From: a virus
Lineage: Duplodnaviria; Caudoviricetes
Direction: 5' to 3' (one strand)
IMG/VR virus record: IMGVR_UViG_3300005611_000158
Span: 1-28,039 of that record
DNA: 28,039 nt
Position numbers and translations under genes: made by a program. Shown here piece by piece: positions 1 through 7,125 of this stretch. Within the stretch, counting starts at the first letter, position 1; the number at the start of each line of letters is the position of its first letter. The notes under the pieces were generated by a model. That model had not been told where the DNA came from. It ran no database searches and saw only the letters and a program-made list of their open reading frames with translations.

Positions 1-246
1 GCCACCGCCGCCACCGCCGCCACCAGCGTTTACTCTTTCTCCTGCGGCGTTTAGGTAGGACGAAGCGATAGCGGGCGTGGTTGAGCGTACCGGTGCTTGC
101 GGTGTCGGAACGTTGATACCAAAGTATTGTGCGACACGTCTCACATCATCAGTGTTTGACGGCGGTTTAGGGGCCGTGCGGGTACGGTTTGGCGGTTCAC
201 CCCTAGTGGGGGGTCGATTCATGGGGTTTTCATAAAACCTAGCCAT
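1..246 (-). CDS. Partial CDS (runs off the left edge), Pro/Gly-rich N-terminus; possibly an internal virion protein
   Basis: Not in ORF track. ATG at 246 overlaps the upstream TAA (TAATG); frame open to base 1: MARFYENPMNRPPTRGEPP...AGGGGGGGG. Function guessed from position after the nozzle gene only. Confidence 0.7.
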   Translation of the reverse strand, partial: MARFYENPMNRPPTRGEPPNRTRTAPKPPSNTDDVRRVAQYFGINVPTPQAPVRSTTPAIASSYLNAAGERVNAGGGGGGGG

Positions 247-476
247 TACATTCCCCTTCTTAAAGCCCCAGGACTGTTATAACGCCCCGTACTATTATCC
301 TGCATCCAACGCAAATAAATTTGCTTCTTAAGCTTATTTCGTCTTTCCCTATCAATGTAACCGTCTTTTTTCAGACGGCCAGAAGTCGGTGCGCTACTAG
401 CACTCAACCCATACCGTTGCTGCCCCGCCGCGTAAGGGTTTTTAGCGTAAGTGCCAAGGTTGTAATCTTGTTGCAC
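246..476 (-). CDS. Small basic hypothetical protein (76 aa)
   Basis: GAGGAG SD 5 nt before GTG; TAATG coupling to next gene; TATCAT -10-like hexamer at 508-513. Confidence 0.75.
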   Translation of the reverse strand: MQQDYNLGTYAKNPYAAGQQRYGLSASSAPTSGRLKKDGYIDRERRNKLKKQIYLRWMQDNSTGRYNSPGALRRGM

Positions 477-520
477 AAAAACTCCTCAAACAGTATGGGC
501 CTATCTAATGATACCTCAAA

Positions 521-2128
521 CTATTCAAGGTTCGCAGAAACACCCCTCTTACCCACAGCGTGAATCGACAACGACACAACCCTGACAGGACCCGTAGAAG
601 TTGTCCCGTCAGTGGTCAACTGTATAGTGAAAGAGCAACGCCTGAAACGCATATCTTTCTGGAAAGTAGTCGTTAGCCTGTAAGGCAAATCAACCGGGTA
701 ATCTAAAGTTGTTGTAATTGAAGGGGCGGGGGCCGTTGGGTTATCCCATGTTCCAATTTCAAGGTCATCCCACGTGCCATCCTCAAAATCGTCCCAGTAG
801 CTTACTTGTGACACGAATTGAATGGGGTCCGCGGTGCCCACAACATCCCGTGCCGTATACACGTCAGCAGCCCAATAAAACAAACGTTTCCAACTATCCG
901 GCATACCAAAATCAAAAGCTTTCGATTCTGCTATACACGTTATTTCTTCTTCTATGGTCTGCCCGTACGAGTCAATGCTTTGGTACAGCGCTTGCAATGA
1001 GGTTGTGTTCAAACCAGTAATACCGTAAATAACGTCCGGCGTGAGGTCGTTCTCCCGACGCGGTGCCACAAGCCCCCACGCGAAATACGTATCTGACACC
1101 CACTCCGACCAGGACCCCTTGTCCAAGTCAAGCGCGTACATGGAACCACCAAACCACACTAACGCCCGGTCCCCGAAAACAGACAACGCTGAAAAAATAG
1201 ACAACGTTAACGTGTTAGCGTTTTGCGCAAACTGGACTCGTTGCACATCGTTCAACGGGTAAAACTGGTACGACACAAACCTGTACAAACGCCCACCACT
1301 CAACACAAGGTACGAGAACTGGTATTCCTGCACAGAATACTTATTGTCCGCCCCCACGGTGCGGCTCAAAGCTTCTAAAATACCGTCACCAGGGGTTGAC
1401 GTGTAACGGTAATAAAACGTGCTTTTAGACCGGAAAATATAAATTTCACTGGTCGCCGCCACAATTTTAGTAATAAACTGTCCGTCACCAGCCTCAACAT
1501 TAAAATAGTTATCCGTGTCCCACTCGTTAATACTGGTCGCCCCAGGCCCAGCAGTTGTAATGTTTGAAAACCATATACGGGTTTTGTTGGAACCTGTTTC
1601 GCGAGAAATCATAAAAAACCGTGACTTGTACAAAATTATTTGTTCACCCTTAGGCATGGGTGTTGCACCACCGCTTAGTTGGATAAACGTTGTCCCGTTG
1701 TAGTAACCACCAGGCGCTGTCGCGCACGAAATGTAAAGGTTACCTTCGAACTGTGCCGCACCAGACGCCACCAAAGCAGTAATTTGTGTGTACGTTTCGT
1801 TTTCAATATCGTACAAATATGTGCCGGAACTACACGACACAATAAGGAACACGTCTTCGTTACTGTCAGTGTAGTAACCGTGCAAATCAATTTCCGCATC
1901 AACAACAGGTGACTCCGCAACCTGGTGGATAGGGGGGCGTGATACCAGTGTGCCGTTTGAATCCAGTTCAAAGTTTTCCATACGGTGAAGCTCATCTTCA
2001 CGAATAGTGGTAATGTCCGCAACATTGTTGAGCCCGCCAAGGAACGACGACACAATGAGCGGTTCAGAACGTGCACTCTTACCTACAGCGCTGAACCGCC
2101 GCACCTCAGTTGCGGGCAGAACAGCCAT
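521..2128 (-). CDS. Tail nozzle / tail tubular protein B-like (P22 gp10-type beta-propeller)
   Basis: 535 aa beta-rich; N-terminal FLGGLN...ENFELD..G.L..RP pattern typical of podovirus nozzles; follows the adaptor gene with TAATG overlap. Confidence 0.7.
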   Translation of the reverse strand: MAVLPATEVRRFSAVGKSARSEPLIVSSFLGGLNNVADITTIREDELHRMENFELDSNGTLVSRPPIHQVAESPVVDAEIDLHGYYTDSNEDVFLIVSCSSGTYLYDIENETYTQITALVASGAAQFEGNLYISCATAPGGYYNGTTFIQLSGGATPMPKGEQIILYKSRFFMISRETGSNKTRIWFSNITTAGPGATSINEWDTDNYFNVEAGDGQFITKIVAATSEIYIFRSKSTFYYRYTSTPGDGILEALSRTVGADNKYSVQEYQFSYLVLSGGRLYRFVSYQFYPLNDVQRVQFAQNANTLTLSIFSALSVFGDRALVWFGGSMYALDLDKGSWSEWVSDTYFAWGLVAPRRENDLTPDVIYGITGLNTTSLQALYQSIDSYGQTIEEEITCIAESKAFDFGMPDSWKRLFYWAADVYTARDVVGTADPIQFVSQVSYWDDFEDGTWDDLEIGTWDNPTAPAPSITTTLDYPVDLPYRLTTTFQKDMRFRRCSFTIQLTTDGTTSTGPVRVVSLSIHAVGKRGVSANLE

Positions 2129-2787
2129 TACAAGTCCTCAATACGTGCCGTGTTAGTGGAGTAAGAGTTAACCTGTGTCGCGTTCTCCTGGTTCGCTAAC
2201 AAGTTCATAGCGTTCACGTATTCGGCTTGCTTGTATTGGGCGGCTTCCCAGTTTTCATCCAACTGGTATGCGCGAGCCAACACCAAATCTATGACACGCT
2301 GAAAATACTTATCAGGCACACTCAATGTGTCCCCCAAAGACGCAAGGTTCGCTGGTTGGCGCACAAAAAACAACCGCAAACCATTCGTCACGTTCTCTAG
2401 CGGTTTCGGGAAAAGGTAAATGTTCCCTGCCCGCTCATACCAAATAGATGGTTTCACGTCCTGAACAATGTCAGCGTCAGGGTTCGACAAAATGTATGTT
2501 TGTGCTTCCTGGAACGTGTAATACTCTAGCGGCACACCGTCATAATGCAACGCCTCAATATACTGGATACTTTCGGACGGGTACGTGTAAATGTCTTGCC
2601 CACTAACAACGTTCGTTTGGGCGCTATCTTTGAGGATAGGGTTCTGCGAAATAATGTCCTGCTGGGCGCTATTAATCCAGTTGAGGATATCATCGTTAGT
2701 GATTTGACGCCCATCAGGGTCACCAAACTGGCGCTTGACGGAGTTAGCGACTTCCGTTCCCGTGCGCGTAAAAATTTCTGCGGGCAT
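2128..2787 (-). CDS. Head-tail adaptor / tail tubular protein A-like
   Basis: 219 aa; DDILNWINSAQ helix, GQDIYTYP, IYLFPKP and VPDKYF patterns typical of podovirus adaptors; lies between capsid and nozzle genes. Confidence 0.7.
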   Translation of the reverse strand: MPAEIFTRTGTEVANSVKRQFGDPDGRQITNDDILNWINSAQQDIISQNPILKDSAQTNVVSGQDIYTYPSESIQYIEALHYDGVPLEYYTFQEAQTYILSNPDADIVQDVKPSIWYERAGNIYLFPKPLENVTNGLRLFFVRQPANLASLGDTLSVPDKYFQRVIDLVLARAYQLDENWEAAQYKQAEYVNAMNLLANQENATQVNSYSTNTARIEDL

Positions 2788-2790
2788 TCG

Positions 2791-3180
2791 TTACTCCCAG
2801 CGACGTTTATTTAGTGTGTATTTCATTTTATCGCGTTTTTCTTCTCTTTCGTCCGCACGTGTTCGTTCTTGCAGAATATGTTGCGCATGCGTCAACGCAT
2901 CAAACTTGTCCAGTTGTTTACCGAACCTGTGCGTGTCCCACTCAAAAATTTGTGCAAGGATACGCGCATCCAACATTGTTTCCGGGTAAACACTCACAAT
3001 ATATTCAGGCAAACCGAAGGGTCTGTGGAAAACCGCGTACGGTTTATCCGGTTGCTCCAACAGGTAAGGGTGCTGCGGTGGCAGTTTCTCTAAATACAAA
3101 TCCGGGTTGTAATCTTTGAGAATTTCCGCCAAACGTCGACCATGTTCCGGCAAATCTAAATTTTTAAAAAGCATAACCAT
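2791..3180 (-). CDS. Hypothetical virion-module protein, probably leaderless
   Basis: ORF 2791..3195; start moved to ATG 3180 because TATGCT (3187-3192) lies 6 nt upstream and the listed TTG abuts the terminator. Confidence 0.7.
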   Translation of the reverse strand: MVMLFKNLDLPEHGRRLAEILKDYNPDLYLEKLPPQHPYLLEQPDKPYAVFHRPFGLPEYIVSVYPETMLDARILAQIFEWDTHRFGKQLDKFDALTHAQHILQERTRADEREEKRDKMKYTLNKRRWE

Positions 3181-3194
3181 GCATCTAGCATACA

Positions 3195-3233
3195 AGAAAC
3201 CCCCCCGCAGGAAGGAGTTGCGAGGGGGTTTCT
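3195..3233 (-). terminator. Intrinsic terminator after major capsid gene
   Basis: AGAAACCCCCTCGCA-ACTCCTTCC-TGCGGGGGGGTTTCT: 15-bp stem (one G-U) with U-rich 3' end. Confidence 0.8.
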
Positions 3234-3255
3234 CTTTTAGGAGGTGGATATGAAG

Positions 3256-4482
3256 TTAGACTTCAGCGATACCAGTCAGTTTACCATGCGCGTTGCGACG
3301 GTAGGTAGTCAACTCGGAGTAGTTGCGCATTTCAGCAACGAAGGCGTCATATCCTGACAGCTTCTGCCAAACTGCACCCTGCTCGTCAATCCATTCCCAA
3401 CCAACGTTGGTGTTGAGCGCAAGCTCCTTGTCGTTCGGGAACCACGCAACACCAGCCGGGCAGTCGAAGTCAGTCATCATGGGGATGTCACCGTAAGGTG
3501 TGGTGAAGGTAAGTCCACCAGAAACACCACCATTCATGTCCTGCTTGTTGACGAACTGACGCAGACCCTGCAGTGCGTTCCAGTATGCACGGTACACACC
3601 AGGGGTCGTGAGGATACGGGTAGGACGTGAACCCTTCTTGCGAACGTTAAGGATAACGTCGTCAAGGTCGAGTTCGGTCAGTTCCCCTCCAGCGTCAGCG
3701 GGAGTGGTCACATAGGATGACCATTCGGGGTGCACAGTCGGGTCAATCCCGAAGAGTGTTCCGGAAGCCTTAATGAGGGCTCCGAAACCGGTCCACTCCT
3801 TGTTGTAGGAGTTGGTTCCCCCGGATGCGGTACGCGAAGAACGCACGATAATGTCATTGACAACGGCAGTGACAGCAGAACTCACGGTGATGGTGAGGTT
3901 TGCTTCATCAATGTCGGTCACAGTGACATACGCGGCGTTTCGTGCACTGGGCAGGGCTCCGTTGTCCAGGATGTCGATACGGCTACCAATCTCAAGGTAC
4001 TGCACCGAGTCAACCGTAACAGTGGTTGAAGCGGATGACTCAGCAGTGAGAACGGCGAGCGTTCCGGTTCCGTCACCATAAACCTGACGGTTCTGGTCCT
4101 TAGCGAGGTCCTGCTTAATGCGGGTCATCTCTTCGCCAACATAGTCGACGAATGCCTGCGGGTTGGACTTTGCCTGGTACATGGTCTGACCCGTGCACTT
4201 GATGGCACCGTAGAGGCTCTTCAGCCCCGTGGAACCACGAGCGTAGGTTTGCTGACCTGCGTCAGGCAGAGCCTCGAGTTCATCACGCGCACCAATACCG
4301 TGGTTGCGTCCAAAGTGAGCAACAAAGTTCACGCCAGCGCCACCGACGTTGGTAATGTTCTTTGCGGTGCTCTTAATCATCCCCAGTGCGGGGGTGTCGT
4401 TGTTAATCTGCTCGTTTACACCATCGGAGTAAATCTGTTTCAGAATTTCCGAACCGATAGTTAACGAAATACCATCAGCCAT
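3256..4482 (-). CDS. Major capsid protein (HK97 fold, with beta-rich insertion domain)
   Basis: 408 aa; E.LP.AGQQTY, NRQVYGDGTG, and C-terminal RRNAHGKLTGI patterns; downstream of scaffold; own SD and terminator. Confidence 0.9.
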   Translation of the reverse strand: MADGISLTIGSEILKQIYSDGVNEQINNDTPALGMIKSTAKNITNVGGAGVNFVAHFGRNHGIGARDELEALPDAGQQTYARGSTGLKSLYGAIKCTGQTMYQAKSNPQAFVDYVGEEMTRIKQDLAKDQNRQVYGDGTGTLAVLTAESSASTTVTVDSVQYLEIGSRIDILDNGALPSARNAAYVTVTDIDEANLTITVSSAVTAVVNDIIVRSSRTASGGTNSYNKEWTGFGALIKASGTLFGIDPTVHPEWSSYVTTPADAGGELTELDLDDVILNVRKKGSRPTRILTTPGVYRAYWNALQGLRQFVNKQDMNGGVSGGLTFTTPYGDIPMMTDFDCPAGVAWFPNDKELALNTNVGWEWIDEQGAVWQKLSGYDAFVAEMRNYSELTTYRRNAHGKLTGIAEV

Positions 4483-4527
4483 TAGTTTTTCCTTTCGTTG
4501 GCTTGGGGTTTTCAGCTTACTTTTGCC

Positions 4528-4561
4528 CAGCCGTAAGGACGGCTATATAACAAGATTAGCA
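4528..4561 (-). promoter_or_regulatory. Candidate extended -10 promoter and 5' leader hairpin of capsid gene
   Basis: TGC-TAATCT at 4553-4561, then TAGCCGT-CCTT-ACGGCTG hairpin (4528-4545). Confidence 0.5.
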
Positions 4562-4612
4562 AATAAAAGACTAATAGTGTATTTAGCCGGCTGTTAGTGT
4601 TTCCGTGAGGGT

Positions 4613-5635
4613 CTAGGTTTGTGAACCCAAACGAAGAGCAAGCGCCAAAGCGGCTTCTCGTTTAGCGTCATCTGTACTCAAATCCGGTGGGGCGGCAGCG
4701 GTCATACCACTACCACTACCCACCACCTTGGGGGGACGTTTCGCAGCGTATTTGCGGCGAAGGTTCTCTTCGTAGTCGCGAAGCTCATGGTAAGCGTGGG
4801 ACACTGACGGGTTGTTGCCGGCGTGCGCGTTAGCCACAGCACGTTTAACAACTTCGGTCCTGTCGAACGTCCCATACTTTTTCTCCAGCTCGCCCAACTC
4901 ATTTTCTAGTTGCCGGCGACCAGCGTCAGCCTGCTCCTGATACATTCTTTGTTCTTCAGAAGTTCTTTGGCTTTGCTCCAACTGTTGCAGACGTTCCTGT
5001 GTTTCCTGCAACTGTTTCGCCAGTAACATTTCTTGCTGTGACGAGGGCGCTTGCTGTTGGGTGTTGTTTTCGTCGAAACCAAAATAGCTTTCAAAAGAAT
5101 CCGGGTCAGCTTGCTGCTGTTGACCGTTTCTTTGTGCAATGAGTCGTTGGGTTTGTTCAATCTGCGCTTTCAGCTCGGCAACACCGGCGGCTTCTTGCTG
5201 CCAACCGTATGTTTCGCCAAGTCCTTCGTAGAACCTGCGTGGGTCTTTAATGAGCGCTTGCTGTACTTGTAGTGCGGCCTCAATGTCAGCTTCGGTTACA
5301 CCTTGCTGGGTGTATTTGCGTAGCGGTTCTGTTTCTTCGATGATTCGCTGGTATCTGCGTTGCCAGTCTTCAACAAGCGGTTTGAGGTCTTCGTGGAGTG
5401 GTTCGGGGACGATGCTTTCAATGTACGACCATGAGATTGGTTCGTCGTCGCTGTCTGTATCGCTGTCGTCTTCCGCTGCGATGGGTTCGTCGTCGTCTGG
5501 TTCTTCGACGGAGGTATCGTAGACTGGCTCTTCGATGGGTGTGTCGTCTGCTTTGTCATCGCCAAAGCCTTCGAAGCCTTCCACCATGGAGAGGTCTAGG
5601 TCTTTAATATCAAAGGTATCGTTTTGGTTAGCCAT
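4613..5635 (-). CDS. Capsid scaffolding protein
   Basis: 340 aa; very acidic N-terminus, Gln/Glu coiled coil, short C-terminal helix; directly upstream of capsid gene. Confidence 0.8.
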   Translation of the reverse strand: MANQNDTFDIKDLDLSMVEGFEGFGDDKADDTPIEEPVYDTSVEEPDDDEPIAAEDDSDTDSDDEPISWSYIESIVPEPLHEDLKPLVEDWQRRYQRIIEETEPLRKYTQQGVTEADIEAALQVQQALIKDPRRFYEGLGETYGWQQEAAGVAELKAQIEQTQRLIAQRNGQQQQADPDSFESYFGFDENNTQQQAPSSQQEMLLAKQLQETQERLQQLEQSQRTSEEQRMYQEQADAGRRQLENELGELEKKYGTFDRTEVVKRAVANAHAGNNPSVSHAYHELRDYEENLRRKYAAKRPPKVVGSGSGMTAAAPPDLSTDDAKREAALALALRLGSQT

Positions 5636-5642
5636 AACCCTA

Positions 5643-5651
5643 ACTATACCA
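5643..5651 (-). promoter_or_regulatory. Extended -10 promoter giving a leaderless scaffold mRNA
   Basis: TGG-TATAGT followed by 7 nt then ATG 5635; no SD. Confidence 0.6.
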
Positions 5652-5754
5652 CAGACGCCCTTACCTTACGCTACCGTTTGCGCGAGCGTGCAGAAAAACG
5701 CATTTACCGCATTTCAGATATGCAGAATTATGCAAATTATGTGCGTTAATACAT

Positions 5755-5880
5755 AACCCCGGTGACATACTCGTAGAGGCCATCCGGGGTCTTCACCACA
5801 AGCATAGCAAAAGCACGACACCCCCGCAGGCGAAGCAACGAGGGTGAAGGCGGACAACGTTCTGGTAACCAGCCCGTCGT
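5755..5880 (-). ncRNA. Candidate structured small RNA B (~125 nt)
   Basis: TGT-TAGAAT (5887-5895) predicts a start at 5880, where stem ACGACG/CGTTGT begins; then CTTCACC/GGTGAAG domain and ACCCCGG/CCGGGGT hairpin; several pairs are G-U only on the minus strand. Confidence 0.5.
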
Positions 5881-5930
5881 ACACTAATTCTAACATAGCA
5901 ATTTGCAAGCCGTTAACCTTACAAACGTGA

Positions 5931-6005
5931 GGCCCCCCGTCCCGTAGGACTGGGGGACCGCGCTTCACCGGCGGGCCTTACGGCTGGCGAGTTACCTGCG
6001 CTATC
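5931..6005 (-). ncRNA. Candidate structured small RNA A (~75 nt)
   Basis: TGG-TAAGCT (6012-6020) upstream; bulged stem capped by GCC-GUAA-GGC (GNRA); second 12-bp stem capped by C-UACG-G (UNCG). Confidence 0.5.
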
Positions 6006-6061
6006 GCAACAAGCTTACCAACATTTAAGCCGGTAAGTGTGGGTAAGGAAAATTCCTTACT

Positions 6062-6361
6062 TTACCATTTTACTTTGTCAGCCCAATAAGCCGCAGAAGT
6101 CTTACCTTTAGCGATGTTCTTAGAGTGACGCGCCTTAAACGAAGAACGCTTCTTCTTCATCCGGTCAGATTCCCCAGCTTTCGGTTTACCAGCAGTACTA
6201 GCGCCCTGTTCACCAAAACGAATAGTCTTAGGTTTACCGTCAACTTCAACAACAACAACATGAGACTTCTTAGGATGGTTGGGGGTACGCTTGGGCTGGT
6301 TGTAACCAGACACGCCAGCATTCCTCAAAGCACTAGATTTGCGACCTTTTGCCTCAGCCAT
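6062..6361 (-). CDS. Small very basic protein (99 aa) of a type common in uncultured aquatic phages
   Basis: Start re-called at MAEAK; PKRTPNHPKKSHVV...IRFG.QG...SFKARH...SAAYWADKVKW pattern. Confidence 0.8.
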   Translation of the reverse strand: MAEAKGRKSSALRNAGVSGYNQPKRTPNHPKKSHVVVVEVDGKPKTIRFGEQGASTAGKPKAGESDRMKKKRSSFKARHSKNIAKGKTSAAYWADKVKW

Positions 6362-6704
6362 AATTTTCTTTCTTTTCAGCGCCCATCTTGATAGCCAAAT
6401 CAACAGCTTTCTTTTTGGACTTTTCTGGGTCGTTATAGTCAACCATGCCCTCAGGCACTGTCACAAAACGACACTTGCCGCCATCGTGAACCTTCTCTTT
6501 AATAATCATACAATTTTTGCCACCAGCATAAAACGAGCAATTACCGCACTTCACACCCTTTTCAGCATCCTCGTTCTTAGCCGGAGGTACATACTCAACA
6601 TAAACGCCAGGGTCGGCAGGGAACTTGCCATGCTCGTCAACAACCCCCAGGAGAGCGTCATGAAAAGATTTCTCCTGGGGGCTTAACTTGTCGTATAAAT
6701 TCAT
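6354..6704 (-). CDS. HiPIP-like four-cysteine (putative Fe-S) protein
   Basis: Y.PP...KCGNCSFY-x5-C..I...V..GGKC: Cx2Cx8Cx12C spacing and flanking residues resemble high-potential iron-sulfur proteins. Confidence 0.6.
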   Translation of the reverse strand: MNLYDKLSPQEKSFHDALLGVVDEHGKFPADPGVYVEYVPPAKNEDAEKGVKCGNCSFYAGGKNCMIIKEKVHDGGKCRFVTVPEGMVDYNDPEKSKKKAVDLAIKMGAEKKENYG

Positions 6705-6868
6705 TACTTTTTTTTCTTTGACACAGCCATATTGTCAACAAGGTTGGGGTACGGGCGCCCAGCCGCTTTGGCGCGAGCCTTAGCCTGCGCTTTCTGCGCC
6801 GGAGTCAAAGACATCCGCTTGCTTTTAGGTTTGGGATTTTTCGTATCCCACACCTTCTTTTTTTCCAT
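6704..6868 (-). CDS. Small basic protein (54 aa), absent from ORF track
   Basis: MEKKKVWDTKNPKPKSKRMSLTPAQKAQAKARAKAAGRPYPNLVDNMAVSKKKK; exact TAATG overlaps at both ends. Confidence 0.85.
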   Translation of the reverse strand: MEKKKVWDTKNPKPKSKRMSLTPAQKAQAKARAKAAGRPYPNLVDNMAVSKKKK

Positions 6869-7125
6869 TACTTTCTTCCAAAACCCATTTTGTCAGAAAT
6901 ACTCTGACGCCTGGGGTTGCCGTACATGTCTAAAACGTCCCCACGGCTCATGGGAAGCTCAGGGGCTTGACCGCGCGCTCGCATGGCCGCAATCTGCTCT
7001 TCCAATTTAGCCATTTGTAATCTAATCAGCTCATCCCTAAACTGGAGTTCTTCTGTCAATTCACCCTTAGGGGTGGGGCGACCTCTTCGGTTGCTGTAAC
7101 TGGGTTTCTTTTTCTTTTTTTCCAT
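6868..7125 (-). CDS. Small basic hypothetical protein (85 aa)
   Basis: TAATG-coupled to portal and to next gene. Confidence 0.75.
   Translation of the reverse strand: MEKKKKKPSYSNRRGRPTPKGELTEELQFRDELIRLQMAKLEEQIAAMRARGQAPELPMSRGDVLDMYGNPRRQSISDKMGFGRK

Noticed and set aside
1-24. GCCACCGCC tandem repeat
   Set aside because: Simply encodes a poly-Gly run in the partial CDS
5714-5968. 84-aa ORF in the head-module gap
   Set aside because: GTG start without SD, runs through hairpins and a promoter-like box
5636-6061. tRNA or tmRNA
   Set aside because: No acceptor stem with T-loop GTTC motif or CCA end seen
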